IMG/VR virus record: IMGVR_UViG_3300017987_000006
Coordinates: 1-64,000 of that record
Strand: one strand, 5' to 3'
Source of the DNA: a virus
DNA: 64,000 nucleotides
This document shows positions 8,461 to 17,154 of this stretch, piece after piece. A model generated the notes under the pieces. The model made no database searches, was not told the origin of the DNA, and saw only the letters and a program-made list of their open reading frames with translations. Position 1 is the stretch's first letter; every line of letters begins with the position of its first letter. A program made the translations under genes and the position numbers.

Positions 8461-9810
8461 GTGCTGTACAAACTGGAGCTGATGCGTGAGAAGATTCAGA
8501 AGGCGATCAGGACCCACCATATCCACATTCTCAAAGAGTTGAACGGAGCGCCACACGAGACCTACCTAGATTTTTCAAAAGCGTTGGGAGGCGTAGAAGC
8601 GGTTGTGGATGCGGTTATTGGAGCACACGAAGGAGATGTGCTAGAGGAGAGGGAGGCGGGGTCTGTTCTCAAGAAGAAGATTCAACTGCTAGAGGAAGAG
8701 CTCGCCGGGTTGGATGACGTCTGGGAGTCGAAACTGCACGACGCTATCATAGATCGTGCTCGGATCCTGCGAGATCGAAACCGTATGGAGGAGTTGATAG
8801 AGGACTTGGAGGGGCGGGTGCGGGAGTCTGCCAGAGCTGAGAAGGAGACCAGGCGGGAGTTGGGCAAGGCTGAGGAAGAGCGTGTGCGTGCCGTGCGCGG
8901 TAAAGCTGGTGCGGAGCAACGCCTGGAGCAGGAGAAGAGATCTTTGGAGGAGGCTCGTAAGGAACTGGTAAGGTTGCGGGCGGAGCTAGATCAATACAGA
9001 AGGGGCGATGCGCCGTATAAGGGCGTCGCAACGAGGAAGACCAGGGAGGCCAAGCAGCTCAGTCAACAGGTAAACGATCTTCGCAGGGAGATCTCCGATT
9101 ATGAAGATCTGTTAATCGCAGAGACTCCCACATCGAGCGAATATCTGGCCATGGTGCCGTCGTTCTCCGACACCATCAACGAAGACCCACCCACCCCAGA
9201 GGATAATGTGGTCTATTTGAGGCTTTGTGATGCCGTAGATTACATTTTGTCCACTCTGACTCCGAGGGAGGAGAAGGTATTGAGGATGCGATTTGGCATT
9301 GGCGAGAAGTCGGACCACACGTTAGAGGAGGTCGCGCGTGCATTTGGTTTAAGTAGGGAGCGTATTAGGATGATCGAGGCCAAGGCCATGCGCAAGCTAC
9401 GGAATCCAAGCAGGGCCAAATTTGTCAAGAGCTTCTTGGGAGATCATAGGGACGGATGGGTTGGACTTAGTGCTAGCAGGCGCAGGTGGGTAGGGAACAT
9501 TCAACGGTTGTGGTCAGTGGAGTGTTCCGCTGCCGAGACAAAGAAGAAAGAGAAGAAGAAGAAGAAGACGACGACAACAAGGAGAAGGGCTGTGGGGCAG
9601 AAGAGCGGACGAGGCAAGGAAGAGATGGTGAGATCGAAATTGCGCCGGATGATGATACGCAGGGGCGGGGTACCATACAGGGAGTTTGTGGAGAAGACTG
9701 GTATTGACATCACGACAGGCCAGTACGCTCGATGTCTACGCGCCGTGCGTGAGGAGAAGGGGATCTACGTGCCGCGCGGCGGGAAGAAGAAGAAGGGGGG
9801 TGTGCGGTGA
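8461..9810 (+). CDS. Coiled-coil protein with embedded RpoD-type sigma-70 region 4 domain and basic tail
   Basis: LSTLTPREEKVLRMRFGIGEKSDHTLEEVARAFGLSRERIRMIEAKAMRKLRNPSR at about 9247-9414; no region 2. Confidence 0.8.
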   Translation: MLYKLELMREKIQKAIRTHHIHILKELNGAPHETYLDFSKALGGVEAVVDAVIGAHEGDVLEEREAGSVLKKKIQLLEEELAGLDDVWESKLHDAIIDRARILRDRNRMEELIEDLEGRVRESARAEKETRRELGKAEEERVRAVRGKAGAEQRLEQEKRSLEEARKELVRLRAELDQYRRGDAPYKGVATRKTREAKQLSQQVNDLRREISDYEDLLIAETPTSSEYLAMVPSFSDTINEDPPTPEDNVVYLRLCDAVDYILSTLTPREEKVLRMRFGIGEKSDHTLEEVARAFGLSRERIRMIEAKAMRKLRNPSRAKFVKSFLGDHRDGWVGLSASRRRWVGNIQRLWSVECSAAETKKKEKKKKKTTTTRRRAVGQKSGRGKEEMVRSKLRRMMIRRGGVPYREFVEKTGIDITTGQYARCLRAVREEKGIYVPRGGKKKKGGVR

Positions 9811-10196
9811 GCGATGAGAGAGGTCGATATTGCTGTGTGGAAAAGCGCAACCGCGTCATCTGCGAGAGAGTTAGGCGTGAGGCGTTCTCTGATGTGAGGT
9901 GTCTTGAGCATGTCCTGATGTGGTTTTCTATCAAGGGCGTTCGTCCCGTTTGGCAGCTGAAGAGAGCTGAGGCAGTAAAGAATGGGACCATGATAAGACT
10001 TCTCGTTCACGTAGATCCGCTGTTTTTGGAGCTGCTAGATCGCACGAAGTACACACTTGAGGCTGAGATAGAGAACGCTTTCTCAAATGGTCTTCTGGGA
10101 CTTCCAAGTACAGAACTTATCTCGGTTTGCGTTGTTGAGAAACCCATGCCCGTGTTGGGATGCATCGAGATGAGGGGGGAGGAAGAAGATGAGTAG
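9807..10196 (+). CDS. Hypothetical protein
   Basis: GTGA overlap. Confidence 0.55.
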   Translation: MSDERGRYCCVEKRNRVICERVRREAFSDVRCLEHVLMWFSIKGVRPVWQLKRAEAVKNGTMIRLLVHVDPLFLELLDRTKYTLEAEIENAFSNGLLGLPSTELISVCVVEKPMPVLGCIEMRGEEEDE

Positions 10197-10707
10197 AGAT
10201 CCATTCGAGATCTATCGCAAGGAGCGCATCCTGGAGGACAGGTTTGATCTTCTTCATGAGGACGGATCACTCCCAAAGAAGCATCCACCGCTGGTGTTCC
10301 CAGAGATACACGTCACGGCGGGTCCGGCATTCATTGCCGGAGAGATACACAGAAAGTTCTTAGGCATGGACGATTTGCTCAGGGAGTTGGGGTGTGCAGT
10401 CAGCGAGGCTCGAGTGGAAGTGAAGAGAGCTTCGGGGATGCAAACGGCTCAACAGATGTACGAGGTGGTGTTCCCGGAAGGTTCTCGCATCATCAAGTAC
10501 CCAAAGGAGAGGACGCCCCACCTGACAGCGAGTGGACAGAAACGGAGGGGAGCAAAGGAACCTAGGAAGGGGTGGGACCTTCACAGCAGGCAGGGGCAGG
10601 TATTGATCCTAGGAGATACCGAGGACTACATCGTCACCTACTACCGACGCACGAGCCTCTCACCGGAGTATTTTGATCGGGGCGTCGTAGTCGTGGAAAA
10701 GGAGTAA
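10189..10707 (+). CDS. Hypothetical protein
   Basis: GGAGG SD; overlapping ends. Confidence 0.6.
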   Translation: MSRDPFEIYRKERILEDRFDLLHEDGSLPKKHPPLVFPEIHVTAGPAFIAGEIHRKFLGMDDLLRELGCAVSEARVEVKRASGMQTAQQMYEVVFPEGSRIIKYPKERTPHLTASGQKRRGAKEPRKGWDLHSRQGQVLILGDTEDYIVTYYRRTSLSPEYFDRGVVVVEKE

Positions 10708-10991
10708 TGATGCTCAAGATCATCTCTCATATGCAGCTGGTCGACTCGATGAGGCTGGCGAAGGAGACAGGAACAGAGGACCAGTTGATCCATTGGCTCT
10801 TGTGGTTGGACGAGTTCATGGGCAGGGAGAATACCATCGTGGAGCTGCTGGCCGACATGCCGTTCAGCCCCGGATCGATCTATTGGGTCGCCTGGCCGAA
10901 GGATAGATACGGTGAGGAGGATGCGAGGGCGCACATGAACGGCGGATTGATCTACCACCAGGCGGCCAAGGAATGGAGTGTGCACTCATGA
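10707..10991 (+). CDS. Hypothetical protein
   Basis: AAGGAG SD; ends GGLIYH...WSVHS. Confidence 0.65.
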   Translation: MMLKIISHMQLVDSMRLAKETGTEDQLIHWLLWLDEFMGRENTIVELLADMPFSPGSIYWVAWPKDRYGEEDARAHMNGGLIYHQAAKEWSVHS

Positions 10992-11230
10992 TGGGATTCG
11001 TGTTGCATGACGGCCCCAGCATCGTGGACGTGACCTTTCGGCACAGGGTGCCCCCCGCGGGCGAGTTGTTGGAGATGAAAGAAGCCGCGGCACAGAGCGG
11101 CCTCGAGGTCACAATCCAAGAGGAGATGCATGGAGAGCAGTGCTTGGTATGCTGGGTTGAGCGGATGGCCAAATCACTGAAGCAGGACCGAGAGGTTCAG
11201 AAAGGAGAGAACGATGACGTGGAGAGATGA
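10988..11230 (+). CDS. Hypothetical protein
   Basis: ATGA overlap. Confidence 0.55.
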   Translation: MMGFVLHDGPSIVDVTFRHRVPPAGELLEMKEAAAQSGLEVTIQEEMHGEQCLVCWVERMAKSLKQDREVQKGENDDVER

Positions 11231-11498
11231 TGTTCAGTATCGCATCGCGCAACTGCTGGAGAACGCGGACTGGGATTCACAGGTGGGTGAGGTGCGCTTC
11301 CACGAGATCGAGAAGCAGATCAACATCACGGTCTACAACAAGGAGGCGTTGGAGGAGCTGCTGATGGACGAGGCCATGCGGGAGCGTATGAAGACGATGA
11401 AGCGGGTGGACAAGCGGGTGGAGATCGCCTGCGAGAACCTGGTGGCGGACGTCCTAGACAAGAACTTCAGTCACAAGATCGAGGAGATGGGCTGGTAG
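11214..11498 (+). CDS. Hypothetical protein
   Basis: AAGGAG SD. Confidence 0.6.
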   Translation: MTWRDDVQYRIAQLLENADWDSQVGEVRFHEIEKQINITVYNKEALEELLMDEAMRERMKTMKRVDKRVEIACENLVADVLDKNFSHKIEEMGW

Positions 11499-11822
11499 AT
11501 GTCGCACCACAAGCGAAGGAAGGACAGAATGATGCTTCTGGCTCCCCCGAAGGAGGGAGAGTACACCCCAGCGCTCTACGAGAGTAGGCGTGGCATCGAG
11601 CCGGCACTCGTCAAGCAGCTCGAGGAGGGGGAGGTCATGACGGAAGGGAGGAGGGTCAGGCTCTCCCCTCACGCCGGGAGCCCCGGTGTGTACGATGCGG
11701 AGACGGAGATGGTGTGTTCGACAACGGCACCAAGGGGGGGTCCGCCCAGAGTTGCATCTAAAGCGTACCGCGCGAACTACGACTACATTTTTCAGAAACC
11801 CAACAAGGGACCACCAAACTAG
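11499..11822 (+). CDS. Hypothetical protein
   Basis: Abuts upstream stop; ends KAYRANYDYIF. Confidence 0.55.
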   Translation: MSHHKRRKDRMMLLAPPKEGEYTPALYESRRGIEPALVKQLEEGEVMTEGRRVRLSPHAGSPGVYDAETEMVCSTTAPRGGPPRVASKAYRANYDYIFQKPNKGPPN

Positions 11823-11832
11823 GAGAGGAAAC

Positions 11833-12027
11833 ATGCCGATTAAGGAGAGGCAGAAATACTTGGTTCGCGTACTCAAGCAGTTCGCAGAACTGTCTGAGGC
11901 GGGGGACCTCAAGCTGTTGAAGATCATCTTCAAGAATAATCGCACCACGGCTTTTGCAGACACGACTCACGGGCCGATAGCTTTTGGATACGTCGAAGAG
12001 TTCGACATGAAGGAACTCGATGATTGA
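11833..12027 (+). CDS. Hypothetical protein
   Basis: AGGAGAGG SD before ATG 11833. Confidence 0.6.
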   Translation: MPIKERQKYLVRVLKQFAELSEAGDLKLLKIIFKNNRTTAFADTTHGPIAFGYVEEFDMKELDD

Positions 12028-12625
12028 TCCAGAAAAAGACATCTTCATCAACGCTCGTGGGGATACGATGCCTCATGCAGTGGAGCAGTTTTTGTTGCGG
12101 GCAGAATATCCGCCCGGGTTTTCGATGATAGAGGCCGAGCGTATCCTGAGGAAGCTAATCGCCAGGGAAATCAACTCAGGTAGGAGACTGGAGAACCGAG
12201 ATCGTGGGTGGGGTCAGGGGGACGAAGAGTTCCTGGTGAGGGTGCATGATGAGGGGAGGGCTCCAGTCTTCGTCGTCGTGCAGACTGGCGTACCAGACGG
12301 GAAGTACAAGTATCTGGTGCATACGGTCCTGTCGAAGGACATGTATGATTCGTGGAACAGGGAGGGCAAGCTTGGATCGATTGGAGACGCAGTTGATCCA
12401 AAAATCATAGAGGAGGCCCACGCGAAGGTAGAGAACCGACCACCTCCAGCAGAGGATGAGATGCGTATTGTGTTGTGGGATTTCGAGGGAACCGTCCAAT
12501 TCAAGGAGGTCAGGAAGTACGCGGTTCCGGGAGAGATCTTGTCCCTTCTCGGCCAGGGTACTCCATGGGGAGACATCCGTGTGTTTCGGGAAGAGAAGTT
12601 TGATTTGCGGGTTGTTTTGAAGTAG
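12020..12625 (+). CDS. Hypothetical protein
   Basis: AAGGA SD; coherent 201 aa ORF. Confidence 0.7.
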   Translation: MIDPEKDIFINARGDTMPHAVEQFLLRAEYPPGFSMIEAERILRKLIAREINSGRRLENRDRGWGQGDEEFLVRVHDEGRAPVFVVVQTGVPDGKYKYLVHTVLSKDMYDSWNREGKLGSIGDAVDPKIIEEAHAKVENRPPPAEDEMRIVLWDFEGTVQFKEVRKYAVPGEILSLLGQGTPWGDIRVFREEKFDLRVVLK

Positions 12626-12656
12626 GTGCGTGCAGAACCGTATGAACCGTACTGAA

Positions 12657-12696
12657 GGGCTGGGAGGCCTCGCACCACCTCCCGGCCCCTCATTTT
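12657..12696 (+). terminator. Probable intrinsic terminator
   Basis: Stem GGGCTGGGAGG / CCTCCCGGCCC (one G-U), then CTCATTTT. Confidence 0.55.
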
Positions 12697-12699
12697 AGC

Positions 12700-12729
12700 T
12701 TGCACCAGATCGTCAACACGCTGTACGAT
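12700..12729 (+). promoter_or_regulatory. Sigma-70-type promoter, near-leaderless transcript
   Basis: TTGCAC-N18-TACGAT with TG extension; ATG 12738 follows without SD. Confidence 0.55.
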
Positions 12730-12737
12730 CTCCTTCC

Positions 12738-12977
12738 ATGACGCTCTCCCTGAACGAGCACACCCTGAAGTTCGAGTGCACACACTGCGGACGTGTCCAC
12801 GAGATCAAGGTGCCGGAGAGCCGTCAGGTCCATAAGGGCGATATCATCACGCCTTACCCGGGCGGAGGAAACTATGGCCGCTGCCACTTCTGCAGACGGC
12901 CTGGGCTGCGCGCCATCGAAGAGCGCGTCACACCAAAGAGAGGGCCGGTAGGATGGAGGAACATTCCAAAGAAGTGA
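12738..12977 (+). CDS. Zinc-ribbon protein
   Basis: CTHC...CHFC. Confidence 0.7.
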   Translation: MTLSLNEHTLKFECTHCGRVHEIKVPESRQVHKGDIITPYPGGGNYGRCHFCRRPGLRAIEERVTPKRGPVGWRNIPKK

Positions 12978-13363
12978 CGATCTACAAAGACGGCGAGTCC
13001 GTAGCTCACTACCACGGAGCACCGCGCATCGTCGAGATGCAGCTCGATGACCTCCCCAAGCTGACATGCTTTGGATTCCCAACCATCGCGTTGGACAGGC
13101 GCATCATCTTCCAGCTGCTCAACCGCCGTCCGTTGATGGACGTGTTCAATGGTGTCGGCATCGAAGTGAAAGAAGAGAAGCAGGACGAGACCAATATCGA
13201 GCGCACCGAGCCTGTATATCTCGTCCACGGCCGTCAGGAAACCTATAGAGGAGAAACCACAATCAACGCTGTGGTCCTGGCGTATGTTCACGGGAAGATC
13301 AAGCCGAGAGAACTGGCCACGAAACTCCCGGAAATTTATAGACGATTCTCTGCTTCCATTTAA
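12953..13363 (+). CDS. Hypothetical protein
   Basis: Coherent ORF; start uncertain (ATG 12953 or GTG 12974). Confidence 0.6.
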   Translation: MEEHSKEVTIYKDGESVAHYHGAPRIVEMQLDDLPKLTCFGFPTIALDRRIIFQLLNRRPLMDVFNGVGIEVKEEKQDETNIERTEPVYLVHGRQETYRGETTINAVVLAYVHGKIKPRELATKLPEIYRRFSASI

Positions 13364-13368
13364 ATGGG

Positions 13369-13398
13369 TTGACAGAGGACATACATCGTATGTATTAA
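13369..13398 (+). promoter_or_regulatory. Sigma-70-type promoter with palindromic operator-like site
   Basis: Perfect TTGACA, N18, TG-TATTAA; inverted repeat ACATAC-atc-GTATGT at 13379-13393. Confidence 0.55.
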
Positions 13399-13405
13399 AA
13401 AGCTC

Positions 13406-13687
13406 ATGAGTGCCAACACACGTGGTGAGATACCGCAGTCGGTGGTGCTTCCGGCGAAGCAGTTCCTTAGTGAGGACGAGCTCGTGGAACTGTGGGAGAT
13501 CCGCGGCCTGAAGTTCAGGGTTGATGAGCTGCACAAGTTCTGCCAAGAGCGTGGGTTGCTGCCACATCTCCGCCGGGACAGCTTTCGGAAGAAGGTTCTC
13601 GGGATGTTGCGGGCCTTCATGGTCAATGGGGAGATTCGTAGAGACCCACGGTTCGTACCACCTCTCAAACCACTGAAAAGGCTATGA
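13406..13687 (+). CDS. Hypothetical protein, possibly DNA-binding
   Basis: Follows promoter; basic helical composition. Confidence 0.55.
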   Translation: MSANTRGEIPQSVVLPAKQFLSEDELVELWEIRGLKFRVDELHKFCQERGLLPHLRRDSFRKKVLGMLRAFMVNGEIRRDPRFVPPLKPLKRL

Positions 13688-14760
13688 CAAAATCCACAAA
13701 GTTCAACAAGACCATGACCGACATCAAGAGCCGCGGGAAGCCCCTGGGAGGAGCCCCCAAGGTTCAAATCCCCCCGCTGGATGCGGAGCCGGTAACTGGG
13801 CCTAATGGCGAGCCTTTGACGATGGAGCAGCAGGCGGCCATGTTGAGGGACCCCACTAACCCGATGAGCCCACACTACAGCCCCCAGGCCGCGGAGATGG
13901 CACAGCAGGGATATATCCCCCAGCAGGCCACCACACCTCCTCAGATGGACCCAGCGGCCCTCAGAGCGGCTCGAGCCGGAGGGAGGCCCCAAGGTACCCC
14001 CCAGGGTCCTTTCGGCGGAATTCTGCCGCCTGAGGCCGCGAGAGACCCCAATTTCGTGCCTGGTGTGGGCTCGATGTACGCCGCCAACCAGCCAGCCGTC
14101 CGGAGGGGACAGCCCGGGGCCCCGAACCTGAGCCAGGAGACCTTGGACGGGATGCAGGCGTTGGCTCAGCTCCAGTCCAAGACGGCTGAAGCGCATGAGA
14201 AGGAGGAGAAGGAGCGGCGGGAGCACCAAGAGAAGGAGGCCGAGGAGAAGGAGGCCGAGCGCCTGGGGCTATCTGACGACCTGCTGGCGCAGCTGCGGGA
14301 AGCTATGGCAGATCTCAACTCGGACGACATCCGCAAGGCCATCGAGAAGCGGATCGAACCGATGGATTTGGTCCAGCTCATCGAGGAGGGCGAGTGCCGC
14401 CAGGACGTGCCCATCGTCCCAGACAAGCTGGTGCCGACTTATCGCACGGTCTCTGGGCACGAGGACCTGAAGATCAAGGAAGAGGCGTTCAAGGTGGAGG
14501 GCATCAACGATGTCTACCTGGTTGACCTGCTCAATCTGATGCAGTTGACGGCGGGGCTGCATGCGATCAACAGACGGCCGCTGCCGAGCCACCTGAACGA
14601 CAAGAAGCGTCTGGATAAGGACAACTTCGAGCGAAAATTCGATATAGTGCTTTCATACCCTATCCAGATGCTAGCTTCGCTCTCGATCAACTTCAGCTGG
14701 TTCGACAGGAGGGTACGCTCCCTGTTCATCGATGTGGAGCCCTTAAAAAATGGATCATGA
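13684..14760 (+). CDS. Pro/Gln-rich protein, candidate tail assembly chaperone (G-type)
   Basis: Low-complexity N-terminus, globular C-terminus ending in A AAA AAT slippery heptamer (PLKNGS). Confidence 0.5.
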   Translation: MTKSTKFNKTMTDIKSRGKPLGGAPKVQIPPLDAEPVTGPNGEPLTMEQQAAMLRDPTNPMSPHYSPQAAEMAQQGYIPQQATTPPQMDPAALRAARAGGRPQGTPQGPFGGILPPEAARDPNFVPGVGSMYAANQPAVRRGQPGAPNLSQETLDGMQALAQLQSKTAEAHEKEEKERREHQEKEAEEKEAERLGLSDDLLAQLREAMADLNSDDIRKAIEKRIEPMDLVQLIEEGECRQDVPIVPDKLVPTYRTVSGHEDLKIKEEAFKVEGINDVYLVDLLNLMQLTAGLHAINRRPLPSHLNDKKRLDKDNFERKFDIVLSYPIQMLASLSINFSWFDRRVRSLFIDVEPLKNGS

Positions 14761-15194
14761 CTCCAGTGGGGTGGGCTCGGGCCAACATGCTTTACGACAT
14801 GCAGACCGAGCCTCCTCCTCCAGGCAGCCCATTGGAGTCGATATTCATCCTGGTCTGGCAGATGAGGCAGGATGCGGAGTACCACGCTGTCCGGGCTGTT
14901 GTTCAGTCTTCTGTCGATGCGGGGGACGATGGCAACGCACTGCAGGATGCGTGGAAGGGATTCACGGAGCACTTCTATCCGCACCTGAAGGAGGAGCAGA
15001 GCAGGTACAAGCAGGCAGCGATGGCACGCCTCAAGAAGGAATCCGAACGCGGGCCTCTTGCCGTTCGACCACTAGCTCCGTTGATCAAGAGCAAGCTGCA
15101 TAAGAAACGGAGGAAGATCATTGGAGCAGATGACGCAGTTATGTCCCGCTTGCGGCAGCGGCAAGATCGATACCGCGGAGGGCGACCAGGCTGA
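14757..15194 (+). CDS. Hypothetical protein, candidate -1 frameshift extension (GT-type)
   Basis: Lies in -1 frame, open through the slippery site; ATGA overlap. Confidence 0.5.
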   Translation: MTPVGWARANMLYDMQTEPPPPGSPLESIFILVWQMRQDAEYHAVRAVVQSSVDAGDDGNALQDAWKGFTEHFYPHLKEEQSRYKQAAMARLKKESERGPLAVRPLAPLIKSKLHKKRRKIIGADDAVMSRLRQRQDRYRGGRPG

Positions 15195-15516
15195 GTGTCT
15201 CGATTGCGGGTGGAAAGGATCTAAGACTTCCCTGCTAGCAGTTCCCCTGCCAGCCAATCCCTACTCTATGGAGATCAATCAGGACAGAGCGCTGGAGATG
15301 GCCAAGCACATCTCCCAGCAGTACATGCAGCTGCTTCCAGCACATGCTGCCAAGCCCATCGGGCTGTGCATTATCGAGTCCGGGCTGTGCGGCAAGCAGG
15401 ACAGCAAGAACCTCGCGCGATTGATCCGCGCTGCGTGTCTCGGGGCGCACAAAGCCACGCTGGATGAGGCCGAGACCATTGCCAAGGAACACCTGAAAAA
15501 GACCGGCGGAAACTGA
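15130..15516 (+). CDS. Zinc-ribbon hypothetical protein
   Basis: CPACG...CLDCGW. Confidence 0.7.
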   Translation: MTQLCPACGSGKIDTAEGDQAECLDCGWKGSKTSLLAVPLPANPYSMEINQDRALEMAKHISQQYMQLLPAHAAKPIGLCIIESGLCGKQDSKNLARLIRAACLGAHKATLDEAETIAKEHLKKTGGN

Positions 15517-15550
15517 GGCGAAAAGCGAAAAACTTAAAAGAGAGATCAAC

Positions 15551-15910
15551 ATGACCGAAAACATGAGTGAGAATCCGTTCTTGGCGATACAGGACGAAGA
15601 AGATGTTGAGAAAGACACGATTCAGTTTTGTTGGAGAGATCAGGCCCGTTATTGTGGCCGAGATTGTGTTGCTTTTGATGAGAGATCGCTGGTAGAGAAC
15701 AGCGGTTTTGGGCCCTGTTCTTTGATCAACCATCAAGATCGACAGTCCCGTGCATTGACGGGCCTCGCCATTCAGATGAAGCGGCAGAACGATTTTTACG
15801 AGCACGAGGACAGAGCGCACCAGCAGCGGTTGGAGAAGCGAGTAGAGACGGCGGAGCGAGCGGCAAAGATCAAGGAGCTGGACAGAGACCCACCAAAGGT
15901 GGAGAGCTAG
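15551..15910 (+). CDS. Hypothetical protein
   Basis: Cys cluster CW...CGRDC...C. Confidence 0.6.
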   Translation: MTENMSENPFLAIQDEEDVEKDTIQFCWRDQARYCGRDCVAFDERSLVENSGFGPCSLINHQDRQSRALTGLAIQMKRQNDFYEHEDRAHQQRLEKRVETAERAAKIKELDRDPPKVES

Positions 15911-16092
15911 TGGAGAGTAGCAGCGCGTACGTCAACTCCCAGTACGTTGACGCCATCATCAAAGATGTTCAGAGGCAGGCGCGGAAGCAGCTGGTCAGAG
16001 AAGTGGAAGAGTGGGTGTTGACCGGAAAGAGCGTAAAGCAGTTGATCTTCCGTTTGAAGACAGCGCCTCTTACTTACAGCGTGGAGGAGTAA
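15910..16092 (+). CDS. Hypothetical protein
   Basis: Coupled stop/start. Confidence 0.5.
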   Translation: MESSSAYVNSQYVDAIIKDVQRQARKQLVREVEEWVLTGKSVKQLIFRLKTAPLTYSVEE

Positions 16093-16340
16093 TGATCTAC
16101 ATCATGGTTCATATCAGTCACGATCACAAGGATGTGAAGATCGTGCAGGGAAGTAAGGCTGACATGGAGCACCTGGTCAGCCAGGCCGGCGATAAGGATG
16201 TGATCTACCACTCTGCGGTTCCCAATGCAGCGGACCCGAGGCGGTGGACCGTGGGCAAGAACGGGTGCTCGATAATCATCAAGGGGGAGGTCGTGGTCCC
16301 GCAGGAGCGGGAAGTAACGATCAGGTACGAGCTCCCATGA
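16092..16340 (+). CDS. Hypothetical protein
   Basis: GGAGGAG SD. Confidence 0.6.
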   Translation: MIYIMVHISHDHKDVKIVQGSKADMEHLVSQAGDKDVIYHSAVPNAADPRRWTVGKNGCSIIIKGEVVVPQEREVTIRYELP

Positions 16341-16510
16341 GACGGCCGGAGATCAAATTGCCGTGGTGGCGCAAGCTGCTCGTGCGCCTCCCTCTCGTAG
16401 GTTTCCTGTTCCGTGTCCGCGTAGCTCCCTGGGTGCGATGGACAACAGAGAGTCAGCGGGACAAGGCCGAGAGGTTGTACAAGGAGCACTTCAAAGGGAG
16501 AAGACCATGA
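16337..16510 (+). CDS. Small basic hypothetical protein
   Basis: ATGA overlaps. Confidence 0.5.
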   Translation: MRRPEIKLPWWRKLLVRLPLVGFLFRVRVAPWVRWTTESQRDKAERLYKEHFKGRRP

Positions 16511-17154
16511 AGCTGACGATAATAGGTGTGGGGCAGGTGTTGGACTTCGCCTCGGGAGAGATGGTGGACACAATGCAGGTTCAGGCGGAGGGCGGGGAGG
16601 TCTTCAACATCCCAGCGGCGCAGGAAACCGTGCAAGAGTTGATACGCATCGTCAAGGGGTCGGGAGCCCAACTAGTGGTGCCCCCTCCTCCCAGGCAGGA
16701 CGACCCGTTGGGCCGGCAGCTCCAGCAGGCATATCAGTCAGCGGAGGGCAGGTCCGCGCAGACCGTGCCGCAAGCACAAGGAGACGAAGACTTCCCAGAA
16801 GGCGCAACGGTCTTCGGCGGGGACGATGGAGAGATCTACTACGCAGAGGATGGGCCAGAAGACTCCCCACAAGGCATGGGTGATGAGGAGCTGGAGCAGA
16901 TCTTTGGAGGCGGCGGGAACGGCACCCAAGAAGTCCAGGTGATGTCGGGACGAGATCTCCTTGCTTCCAAGATGCAGAGAACGGGACAGCCCAAGAACAC
17001 CAGTCTGAACCCTCGGCGGAATGACGGAGAGGATAGAAGCGGAGTGCCCAGCTACTCAATCGCAGCAGTGGATGAGAAGGGAAACCCCATGCTTCCACCC
17101 GCACCAAAAGGCGACGAGGATGATGAGGAGTTCGATCCCGGGGAGCAGATATGA
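16507..17154 (+). CDS. Hypothetical protein with acidic disordered C-terminus
   Basis: GGGAG SD; ATGA overlaps. Confidence 0.65.
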   Translation: MKLTIIGVGQVLDFASGEMVDTMQVQAEGGEVFNIPAAQETVQELIRIVKGSGAQLVVPPPPRQDDPLGRQLQQAYQSAEGRSAQTVPQAQGDEDFPEGATVFGGDDGEIYYAEDGPEDSPQGMGDEELEQIFGGGGNGTQEVQVMSGRDLLASKMQRTGQPKNTSLNPRRNDGEDRSGVPSYSIAAVDEKGNPMLPPAPKGDEDDEEFDPGEQI

